Source: Candidatus Binatia bacterium
GTDB taxonomy: Bacteria; Desulfobacterota; Binatia; Bin18
Length of the DNA stretch: 64,000 nt
NCBI GenBank assembly: GCA_022824615.1
Contig: JAJDZM010000072.1
Span: forward strand, 18,343 to 82,342
Direction of reading: 5' to 3'
Made by a program: the position numbers and the translations under genes
In this document: piece by piece, positions 26,182-33,915 of the stretch
How the letters are laid out: each line of letters starts with the position of its first letter
How positions within the stretch are numbered: the stretch's first letter is position 1
The notes under the pieces: model-generated
Databases searched by the model: none
What the model saw: the letters and a program-made list of their open reading frames with translations, nothing else
Told to the model about the DNA's origin: nothing

Positions 26182-27126
26182 TCACTGGGCAAACGTCTCG
26201 ATCGCCTTCCGGACGGCCTGGGCGTAGGTCTGGTCTCCGACCGGCACCGGATTGAGGATCGGCAACTGAACGCCGGCCTCGCGGAAGGCGGCGAGTTGCT
26301 CCCGGCAGCGGGCGGGCGGTCCAATGACTGACAGTTCGTCCGCCATGTTGGCTGTCGCTCCCTGCCCCTGTCCATCTGCGAGTTGGGCTGCCTCCGCTTC
26401 AAACCCGCTGTCGTGAAACAGCTTGTTATAGAAAGGCAGGCCGCCGTAAAACCCCAGGTTGGCCCTTGCGGCTTGCATGGCTGTGTCCATATCGTCATGA
26501 ATGCAGGACGGAATGCCCGTGGTGATATCAATGTCCGCAAGCGGCCGTCCGGCTTTGGCCGCTCCCTTCTCGACTGCGGCCACGGCCGTGGGCAGCCGAC
26601 TCTTGGGACAGAGGTACAGCATGACCCCATCGGCCAGCTCGCCGCTGAGCGTGGCGGTACTCAGGGCCAGAGCCGCAATGTAGATGGGAACGTGGTGTGT
26701 TGCCGCGCGCGGTTGCATGGCCATGCCGGGCAGCTCCTTGCCCGCGGCCATATCGCGGATCGCGCCAATATACTGGCGCATGAAGGTCCGCGGTTTTTCC
26801 ATTTTTTCCTGGTAGAGGCCCTCAACAATGGGCCGGTGACTCACCCCGAGGCCCAGAATCAGCCGGCCGTGCGAGGTGTCGTCAATCGCAATGGCTGTTT
26901 GCGCACACAGCGCCGGGTGGCGCAGGTAGATGTTCGCAATCCAGGTACCGACCTTAATCCGCGAGGTGGCCTGGGCCATGATCTGGCAGTTGATCAACGA
27001 GTCGTTCATGAATTCCGGTGAAAAAATCGATTCAAATCCAGCCGCCTCGGCGCTCTTGGCCAAGTCCTGCAACTCGGGAAACGTCAGTCCTGACATATTG
27101 GCGGCAACCACTCCGATCCGGGCCAT
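26182..27126 (-). CDS. LLM-class (luciferase-like) flavin-dependent oxidoreductase
   Basis: FESIFSPEFMNDSL...KVGTWIANIYLRHPALCAQTAIAIDDTSHGRLILGLGVSH. Confidence 0.8.
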   Translation of the reverse strand: MARIGVVAANMSGLTFPELQDLAKSAEAAGFESIFSPEFMNDSLINCQIMAQATSRIKVGTWIANIYLRHPALCAQTAIAIDDTSHGRLILGLGVSHRPIVEGLYQEKMEKPRTFMRQYIGAIRDMAAGKELPGMAMQPRAATHHVPIYIAALALSTATLSGELADGVMLYLCPKSRLPTAVAAVEKGAAKAGRPLADIDITTGIPSCIHDDMDTAMQAARANLGFYGGLPFYNKLFHDSGFEAEAAQLADGQGQGATANMADELSVIGPPARCREQLAAFREAGVQLPILNPVPVGDQTYAQAVRKAIETFAQ

Positions 27127-27180
27127 AGCAATACCTCCTTTTTCTGGCCAATCCGTACTTCAATGCGGGGTGCAGCCTAT

Positions 27181-27218
27181 CACCTCTCCACGGTCAGGCA
27201 AGAGAACGTGGAGAGGTG
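27181..27218 (+). promoter_or_regulatory. Perfect 12-bp inverted repeat in the comM leader / divergent promoter region
   Basis: CACCTCTCCACG-14 nt-CGTGGAGAGGTG, followed on the + strand by a T-rich run (GTCCTGTTTATTGATTTCTGGTGTTCTTTCC). It ends 45 nt before the comM ATG. Confidence 0.3.
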
Positions 27219-27263
27219 GTCCTGTTTATTGATTTCTGGTGTTCTTTCCGTTAGCAGCAAGGC

Positions 27264-28784
27264 ATGCTTGCGACAGCGGTATCCGGGGCTCTGATTGGGA
27301 TTGATGGCTTGTTGGTAGAGGTCGAGGTCGATGTGGCGCTGGGTTTGCCGCAGTTCACTACCGTCGGTCTGCCTGAGGGGGCTGTCCGAGAGAGCAAAGA
27401 TCGGGTTCGCTCGGCCATCAAGAATTCTGGCTACGAATTTCCCGCTCGCCGTATCACTGTCAATCTCGCTCCTGCGGACGTTAAAAAAGAAGGCGCCGCC
27501 TATGACCTGCCGATTGCCCTCGGCATTCTTGCAGCTGAGGGTTGGCTGACCAAAGAACAGCTTCAATCCTACGCGATCCTGGGCGAGCTCTCACTCGACG
27601 GGCGAGTCAAGCCTGTCCATGGGGCTTTGCCCTTAGCTGTGATGGCACGGGAAAAAGGGCTCAAGGGATTGATTGTGCCCACGGAAAACGCGGCCGAGGC
27701 CGCGGTTGTTGATGAAGTTGCGGTTTTCGGCGTGTCCACGTTGAGTGAAGCCTTTCTGCTGCTCAACGGGGAGCGACCCTTTGACTCGACCGTTGTCGAC
27801 GTTAATACCCTCTTTACCCGGCACTCCGCCTATGAAGTTGATTTTAACGATGTGAAAGGTCAGGAGCACGTTAAGCGCGCTCTCGAAGTCGCGGCCAGTG
27901 GCGGGCATAACCTGCTGTTAGTGGGTCCACCGGGGTCGGGAAAGACCATGCTGGCCAGACGCCTGCCAACCGTGCTGCCCACACTGACCCTGACCGAAGC
28001 GATTGAAACAACCAAGGTCCACAGCGTCGCCGGTAGCCTCAACGGCAAGGCCCTCGTTGCCACGCGGCCCTTCCGCAGCCCGCATCACACCATCTCCGAT
28101 GCCGGTATGATCGGTGGCGGTACGGTGCCCAAACCGGGTGAGGTCTCCCTGGCCCATCACGGCGTGCTCTTTCTGGATGAACTGCCGGAGTTCCGCAAGA
28201 ACGTCCTCGAAGTCCTGCGTCAGCCCCTGGAGGATGCTCGGGTCACGATCTCACGCGCGATCGGGTCCATTACGTATCCGGCGGATATCATGCTGGTTGC
28301 GGCGATGAATCCGTGCAGTTGCGGATTCTTCGGTGACCCGCAGCACGAGTGCACCTGCTCTCCGCAACAGGTCCAGCGCTATCGATCCAGGATTTCCGGC
28401 CCTTTGTTGGATCGCATCGATATTCAGGTCGAAGTCCCGGCGGTCAAGTATAAAGAGCTGAGTGACAAAGCCGCGGGTGAGGACTCGACGACCATTCGGA
28501 CGCGTGTGAACCAGGCGCGTGAAATCCAACTCCGGCGTTTTCAGAAACGGAAAATTTTCTGCAACGCGCAAATGTCCAGCCGGGACATCCGCACGTATTG
28601 TCAGCCCGACGCAGCCGGTGAAAAGCTCCTGGAAAACGCCATGCAGCGCCTGGGGCTGAGCGCCCGCGCCTATACCCGCATCCTCAAAGTCGCCCGCACC
28701 ATTGCCGACCTCGCCGGCGAGGAACACATCACCGGCGCCCATATCGCCCAGGCCATCCAGTACCGGGCCTTGGACCGGGAGTGA
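27264..28784 (+). CDS. comM: YifB/ComM family Mg-chelatase-like AAA+ ATPase
   Basis: [24 protein letters not shown]...[22 protein letters not shown]. Walker A motif [27 protein letters not shown]. 506 aa. Confidence 0.9.
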   Translation: MLATAVSGALIGIDGLLVEVEVDVALGLPQFTTVGLPEGAVRESKDRVRSAIKNSGYEFPARRITVNLAPADVKKEGAAYDLPIALGILAAEGWLTKEQLQSYAILGELSLDGRVKPVHGALPLAVMAREKGLKGLIVPTENAAEAAVVDEVAVFGVSTLSEAFLLLNGERPFDSTVVDVNTLFTRHSAYEVDFNDVKGQEHVKRALEVAASGGHNLLLVGPPGSGKTMLARRLPTVLPTLTLTEAIETTKVHSVAGSLNGKALVATRPFRSPHHTISDAGMIGGGTVPKPGEVSLAHHGVLFLDELPEFRKNVLEVLRQPLEDARVTISRAIGSITYPADIMLVAAMNPCSCGFFGDPQHECTCSPQQVQRYRSRISGPLLDRIDIQVEVPAVKYKELSDKAAGEDSTTIRTRVNQAREIQLRRFQKRKIFCNAQMSSRDIRTYCQPDAAGEKLLENAMQRLGLSARAYTRILKVARTIADLAGEEHITGAHIAQAIQYRALDRE

Positions 28785-29155
28785 GTGAGGTGCGCATATC
28801 TTGGTTGCCGCGGGCAATCCTTATAGTGCGGATACGCGGCGTCGTGCGACGCTATAATGTATTTTGGTTACCCTGGGCGATACTTGCAGTATTGGGCTGG
28901 TGCATATTCCACGATCATGACAGTGAGTATGCCAGTCGATCCCACGGCCACTACAAACTTCACGAGCATGACGGGGAGTATGCTGATCGATACCACGGCC
29001 ATAGCCGGATAGATGAACTGGAGGACGAACTCTACTTCGGCAGCAGCCGGATGGATAAACTGGAGACTGAACTAAAACGTCACGACCATTATGGGGAATA
29101 TGCCGATGACGACCACAGCCATTCCGAGTATTCCTGGGAAGGCCACGAGCATTAA
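28781..29155 (+). CDS. Membrane-anchored histidine-rich repeat protein
   Basis: One hydrophobic segment ([16 protein letters not shown]), then three copies of a 14-aa unit H-[DE]-H-x-[SG]-E-Y-A-[SD]-x-x-H-[GS]-H, plus a duplicated SR[IM]D[EK]LE[DT]EL unit. Differences between the DNA repeat copies fall largely at third codon positions of the + frame, which supports this frame. The true start may be an internal GTG (VRRYNVFW...). Confidence 0.5.
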   Translation: MSEVRISWLPRAILIVRIRGVVRRYNVFWLPWAILAVLGWCIFHDHDSEYASRSHGHYKLHEHDGEYADRYHGHSRIDELEDELYFGSSRMDKLETELKRHDHYGEYADDDHSHSEYSWEGHEH

Positions 29156-29213
29156 GCGGCATAAAGCAAGAATAGAGTACAGAGTCACATGTCAAACTCT
29201 TCTACTCGTATAG

Positions 29214-30014
29214 ATGGCAGGTGAAGAGGTGTTGGAGGAGAAACAGAAGCAGTTCTACCGTGACCAACTCCGCTCGGCCCGAGCCGCTGCCCTAGCGGAC
29301 GCCGAGGGGTTCCTAGCCGTCATCCACACGCTTGAGTTGATGGGCCAGCAGATGAAGGGGAAGGTACTTAACCTCGGAAGATATAAAAACAAGTTGACCT
29401 GTGTGGCTGATGATTCTCCGTTGTGTGATGAGACCGCAAGCAAATATCCAGCGTATCACACTACATTTAGCGCTCTATATGACGAACTACGGCGAGCAAG
29501 GAATGATGCCGTGCATCAAGGTGCTTACGCACGGATACTGACCGATCACGCCGTGGACCTCGCAATCATACTTGAGGATGCACTTATGCCCAATTCTGAA
29601 TGCTCTAAAGTTTCGCAGTTCATGGTTCGAGACGTAGTTAAAGCTGAGTGGTGGCACCCAGTCAGTTATGCGCGCCAACAGATATTGAAGCATGGCTTCT
29701 CTTATATCCCCGTCTGGTTTGAGAACGAATGGAGGATGCTTTCAGAATATTCGGTTGCTAAATATCTTCGTGCCTCCCCTGATAAACGAAATGATCGGCT
29801 CGTTAAGACAATTGAAGACGCAGAAGCAGAAAAAGACGGGCTGGACCTACCGACAGTAGAAAAAAAGTATATTGTACCTCCTGGAAAACCCATCTCCTGT
29901 ATATTGGACCGCCTCGACGCAAGTCCGATCCTCGTTGTTGCTCCCAAACGCGAAAATGAACCGGAACGTAAAGACGAACTGGTCGGAATTTTAACAGCGG
30001 CCGATATTTTATGA
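29214..30014 (+). CDS. HEPN-domain (Rx4H) protein fused to a C-terminal CBS-domain pair
   Basis: 266 aa, AT-rich relative to the flanks. YDELRRARNDAVHQGAY contains R-N-D-A-V-H in a helical N-terminal ~130 aa. The C-terminal half has two CBS-like units (VSQFMVRDVVKAEWWHPVSYARQQILKHGFSYIPVW... and ...PISCILDRLDASPILVVAP...ELVGILTAADIL). Confidence 0.6.
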   Translation: MAGEEVLEEKQKQFYRDQLRSARAAALADAEGFLAVIHTLELMGQQMKGKVLNLGRYKNKLTCVADDSPLCDETASKYPAYHTTFSALYDELRRARNDAVHQGAYARILTDHAVDLAIILEDALMPNSECSKVSQFMVRDVVKAEWWHPVSYARQQILKHGFSYIPVWFENEWRMLSEYSVAKYLRASPDKRNDRLVKTIEDAEAEKDGLDLPTVEKKYIVPPGKPISCILDRLDASPILVVAPKRENEPERKDELVGILTAADIL

Positions 30015-30055
30015 AAAAGCGCATGAAGAAGCAGACCCACACCGTTAAGCCGGTG

Positions 30056-31006
30056 TCACGGCGCTGTCTCTCCTTGACTCGCAATCTGCGTGGCAAGCTC
30101 ACGGCTAAGCTTCTGACCCTCAGCAATTTGCTCGCGGGTCATGCGCTGTCGGATTGAGGTCCGCATGACTTCGGCCTCATCGTGTCCCTGCGCGGCGGCG
30201 AGATTGAGCCAGGCATAGCCTTGAACATTATCTTCGGGCACGCCTTTGCCTATGTCGTACAGGGCTCCTAGGAGGGCCTGGGCTTGGGCATCTCCTTGTT
30301 CTGCGGCCTTGCGGTACCAAGTCACAGCTTGGCTGTAGTCCTGAGGCACGCCCTCGCCGCTCGCGTACATGCGTCCTAGGTTGTACTGGGCTGCGACGAA
30401 ACCTTGCTCGGCAGCCCTTCGGTACAAAACCACAGCTTGGACATCATCTTTGGGCACCCCATCCCCATTATCGTACCTGCGTCCTAGGAGGGCCTGGCCT
30501 AGGGCGTCTCCCTGCTCGGCGGCCTTTTGAATCAAAACCAGGGCTTGGCGGTCGTCTTTGGGCACTCCTTGGCCGTCGGCATACATGCTTCCTAGGAATG
30601 CCTGGGCTTCGGCATTTCCTTGTTCTGCGGCCTTCTGGAACCAAGTTGCGGCTTGACGGTCGTCCTGAGGCACACCCCTACCGCTAGTGTACAGAACTCC
30701 TAAGCGGGATTGGGCTATAGGGAAACCCTGTTCCGCGGCCTTACTGTACCAGAACACGGCTTGGCGGTCGTCCCGAGGTACGCCCCTGCCGGTTTCGTAC
30801 AGATTTCCTAGGAGGGTCTGGGCTCCGGCGTTTCCCTGCTCGGCCAACGGTCGCCATTCACGCAAGGCTGTTGCGTAGTCGCCCCGTTCGTATGCTTCAT
30901 ATGCGGAATCAGTCTGGGCTTGGATGCTTGATACAGCTAGGGCTAAAGCCAGGACAAGAGCCGCGGCAGCTATCCGGCTGCCTCGCTTGTGGCGTGGCTG
31001 GACCAT
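30056..31006 (-). CDS. Sel1-repeat (SLR/TPR-like) secreted protein
   Basis: About 7 tandem 36-aa Sel1 repeats (GNAGAQTLLGNLYETGRGVPRDDRQAVFWYSKAAEQG...). The ATG at 31006 gives the signal peptide MVQPRHKRGSRIAAAALVLALALAVSSIQA; the track start is 31090. Confidence 0.85.
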   Translation of the reverse strand: MVQPRHKRGSRIAAAALVLALALAVSSIQAQTDSAYEAYERGDYATALREWRPLAEQGNAGAQTLLGNLYETGRGVPRDDRQAVFWYSKAAEQGFPIAQSRLGVLYTSGRGVPQDDRQAATWFQKAAEQGNAEAQAFLGSMYADGQGVPKDDRQALVLIQKAAEQGDALGQALLGRRYDNGDGVPKDDVQAVVLYRRAAEQGFVAAQYNLGRMYASGEGVPQDYSQAVTWYRKAAEQGDAQAQALLGALYDIGKGVPEDNVQGYAWLNLAAAQGHDEAEVMRTSIRQRMTREQIAEGQKLSRELATQIASQGETAP

Positions 31007-31127
31007 ATTGGAGTCGTCCCAGTAGATAAAAACCTTGTCCATAGCGTCTTCCGCACCAATACTAACGGATATTCCATTACCGTATCCCACACCTCAGCCA
31101 AGCGCTACGTGCCAAATCTGACAAACC

Positions 31128-31142
31128 CGTCTATATTAGACG
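31128..31142. promoter_or_regulatory. Palindrome CGTCTA-TAT-TAGACG upstream of hicB (candidate operator)
   Basis: Perfect 6-bp arms, 28 nt upstream of the hicB ATG. A TAGAAT -10-like hexamer lies at 31148-31153. Confidence 0.3.
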
Positions 31143-31169
31143 CTTGGTAGAATTGATTGAGGCAGCACA

Positions 31170-31505
31170 ATGAGATTTGAGGACTATGCGATCAATATCG
31201 CCCCCATTCCCGCAGAGGAAAGTGGCAGCTATCTGGTGACCCTGCCCGACTTGCCCGGCTGTATCGCGGATGGCGAGACTATCGACACAGCCATAGCAGA
31301 AGCCCGCGACGCCTTCACCGTGTGGGCCATGGCCGAACGGGAAGACAAGGGAGAACTGCCCGTGCCAAAAACCTATAGCGGACAATTCGTGCAACGCCTT
31401 CCTAAGACCTTACATATGCGGCTCGCCAAGCGAGCGGCGAGCGAGGGGGTCAGCCTGAATCAACTGGCCGCGACTCTGCTCGCCCAGGGGCTGGGTCCGA
31501 AATAA
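31170..31505 (+). CDS. hicB: HicB-family antitoxin (RNase H-like fold plus C-terminal RHH)
   Basis: YLVTLPDLPGCIADGETIDTAIAEARDAFTVWAMAEREDKGELPVPKTYSGQFVQRLPKTLHMRLAKRAASEGVSLNQLAATLLAQGL. No hicA ORF is seen on either side. Confidence 0.8.
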   Translation: MRFEDYAINIAPIPAEESGSYLVTLPDLPGCIADGETIDTAIAEARDAFTVWAMAEREDKGELPVPKTYSGQFVQRLPKTLHMRLAKRAASEGVSLNQLAATLLAQGLGPK

Positions 31506-31516
31506 GGGGAAAGCTT

Positions 31517-31666
31517 ATGAACCGCAAAAAGGACGGAGATCAATCAACTGTTGAGTCCGCCAGCAAGGACGGATTGCTTGCATTGCTCGCCACCCTGGGG
31601 CCGGTGGACGACACGTTTCCAGATGTGGACGAGACCTTGCCACCGCTGGACGATACGGAGTTATGA
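31517..31666 (+). CDS. 49-aa ORF resembling only the acidic C-terminal tail of AbrB/VapB-type antitoxins
   Basis: Below the ORF-track size cutoff. MNRKKDGDQSTVESASKDGLLALLATLGPVDDTFPDVDETLPPLDDTEL. The LLA-L-x-P-x-DD-FP-x-x-D motif is typical of antitoxin C-termini. There is no DNA-binding N-domain. Confidence 0.3.
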   Translation: MNRKKDGDQSTVESASKDGLLALLATLGPVDDTFPDVDETLPPLDDTEL

Positions 31667-31725
31667 GCCTTTAGCCGAATGGGTCCATTGAGCTGTTCGT
31701 TTCCACACAGTAAAGGAGGGCGTCT

Positions 31726-32529
31726 ATGCCGTACATCGAAAGGGAAAAGGGAGTGCGGATTCACTACAACCACTATGGAAAGGGATTTCCCCTGGTCTTT
31801 TTACACGGCTTTTCGGCCAACGCCTGGCTCTGGGCGTATCAGGCTCCGATCCTGGCCCATAAATATCACTGCGTTGTCATTGAGGCGCGCGGACACGGGC
31901 TCTCCTCCAAGCCGCTCACGGGCTATTCCATTCCGGACATGGCGGCCGACGATGCCGCCGTCCTGGCCGCTCTGGGCATCGATCGCGCCATTCTGGTCGG
32001 CAACTCGATGGGCGGGATGCGGGCCATGCAGATGAGCCTTGATTATCCGCACCTGGTCGCCGGGAATGTCATCATCAGCAGCGCGACCAACCTGCACCAG
32101 ACCCTGGATACCGCCGAGCTGATTGCCAGCTTTCAGAACGATTACGAGGCCGCCGCGGACAACCTGGTTACCCGCTGCTTCTCGGTCAAGACGCGGGCCG
32201 AGCGACCCGAGGTGTGCCAGATGATTAAGCACAACTTCCTGAACGAGGGCGGTTTTCCGCGCCGGGTGGCCCTGGCCTGTTTGGAAGACCCCAACGGTGT
32301 GTGGCAGTGGGATATCTCAGACCGTTTACAGGAGATTACCCAGCCCACATTGGTCCTGGTCGGCGAGGAAGACCAGGCCACACCGGTCGAGGCTAACCGA
32401 TTTCTGGCTGAGCGGATTCCCGGGGCCGAACTGCGCGTGCTCAAAGAGGTGGGCCACTGCTACGAGATCGAACAACCGCTTGAATTTAACCAGGAGCTGG
32501 AGGAATTTGTCGCGCAGTATGGGCACTGA
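31726..32529 (+). CDS. Alpha/beta-fold hydrolase
   Basis: PLVFLHGFSANAWLW...LVGNSMGG (nucleophile elbow G-x-S-x-G)...VGHCYEIEQP. Confidence 0.8.
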   Translation: MPYIEREKGVRIHYNHYGKGFPLVFLHGFSANAWLWAYQAPILAHKYHCVVIEARGHGLSSKPLTGYSIPDMAADDAAVLAALGIDRAILVGNSMGGMRAMQMSLDYPHLVAGNVIISSATNLHQTLDTAELIASFQNDYEAAADNLVTRCFSVKTRAERPEVCQMIKHNFLNEGGFPRRVALACLEDPNGVWQWDISDRLQEITQPTLVLVGEEDQATPVEANRFLAERIPGAELRVLKEVGHCYEIEQPLEFNQELEEFVAQYGH

Positions 32530-32557
32530 CCGAGTTGTTCGGTGTTTGAACCGTCCC

Positions 32558-33760
32558 TCAGCGCACCCACACCTGTGTCAGGATGCGCACGACATTGCCG
32601 CCGATAACCTTGGCAATGTCTGCATCCGTATAGCCCTGTTTGACGAGCCACCGCGCGATGTTGGGAAAGTCGGCAGGATTCTCCAGGCCATCAACGTACT
32701 CGACCGGATCAAACGCTTTATTGCCCAGTATCTTGTCAACGGAGAGCTGGGCCGCGTAGGCCCGGTGCAGACCGACATGATCGCCGAACATGGTGTCCGG
32801 TCCAAACCCAACATGCTCAATACCGATCAGCCGGACTGCATACTCAAAGTGTTCCATGCACGACTCTATACTGTGGCGTGGATGCTGCTCGGTCAGAGTC
32901 GTGTGCGGAGCCGCTTCGATTCCCAGTATGCCTCCCTTGGCCGCCAGAGTCTCCAGCACGTGGTCCGGCTTGAGTCGCGGGGTGTCCCATAATGCCCGCG
33001 CCCCGGCGTGGGAGATCACGATGGGCAGCTCGCTTTCCTCAATAATGTCCAACGTCGTCTGATCGCCGCAATGGGCCGCATCAATCAGGATGCCAAGTTT
33101 ATTCATACGCCGCACCGCCTGGCGCCCAAAGTCGGTCAGGCCGGCGTCTCGTCCCTCTCGCAAACCGCTGCCCAAAGCATTGGCTTCACTGTAGGCGACG
33201 CCCATGCTGCGCACGCCAAATCCATACAGGACATCGAGCCGGTCCAGTTCGTTCTCTATCGGCGTTGCGGACTCAAGCGTCGGCACCAGGGCAAGCCGCC
33301 GGGTCTCGTGCGCCGTGATAATATCTCGAACGCCGTCGCAGACAAGAATAAAATCCTGGTGGGCCAGGTCGCACAAACGCATACCCAAGTCGTGGGTGAC
33401 ATCATTCCATTTCCAGCCAGCCTGCGAGGTAATCGTACACAGGCCGTTCATCAAATTATCAAAGATGCCGTCCAACCCGGAGGTCGCCAGTCCCTGAAAG
33501 CCGGTGAAGTCCCGACCTAAGCGCTTTTGTTCGAAGATTTCGTTGACTTCCTCCGGGACCACAACCGGATGGTCGTGCATGGAGATCGCAATATTCTCGG
33601 CTAACAGGCTCTGCACTCGCTCTTCTTCAGCCGGTGAAAGCGCAATCTGAGAAGAATCCACCCGCCCGACTTCTTTAGCCAGCCGAAAGCGCTTGTAGTC
33701 GCGTGGCGCGTCTAAATACTGGTAGGATTGATAACCTGTATACTGTTTGTGATCTTCCAT
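32558..33760 (-). CDS. Dipeptidase (peptidase M19, renal dipeptidase family)
   Basis: ISMHDHPVV...GVRSMGVAYSEANALG...LGILIDAAHCG...PIVISHAGARAL. Confidence 0.8.
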   Translation of the reverse strand: MEDHKQYTGYQSYQYLDAPRDYKRFRLAKEVGRVDSSQIALSPAEEERVQSLLAENIAISMHDHPVVVPEEVNEIFEQKRLGRDFTGFQGLATSGLDGIFDNLMNGLCTITSQAGWKWNDVTHDLGMRLCDLAHQDFILVCDGVRDIITAHETRRLALVPTLESATPIENELDRLDVLYGFGVRSMGVAYSEANALGSGLREGRDAGLTDFGRQAVRRMNKLGILIDAAHCGDQTTLDIIEESELPIVISHAGARALWDTPRLKPDHVLETLAAKGGILGIEAAPHTTLTEQHPRHSIESCMEHFEYAVRLIGIEHVGFGPDTMFGDHVGLHRAYAAQLSVDKILGNKAFDPVEYVDGLENPADFPNIARWLVKQGYTDADIAKVIGGNVVRILTQVWVR

Positions 33761-33915
33761 GCGCAGCCTCTCTATCAGGGGTTCGAGCTACTGCCGGGTA
33801 GATACTCCCCGCTAGCGCTGACCCCACCAAACTTCAAGAGGAAGCCGTATTTTTGAGTACTCGCTTGCTCCAATAAAAAGCCGGGAAACTCTCGTACCGG
33901 CTCTTCTGGCTGCTT

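Noticed and set aside
28821-29195. 124-aa reverse-strand ORF exactly antisense to the His-rich repeat ORF
   Set aside because: Variation between the 42-bp repeat copies is concentrated at third positions of the + frame. The + frame also yields a TM helix plus a regular repeat motif. The antisense product is Arg/Cys/Gly-rich with no pattern.
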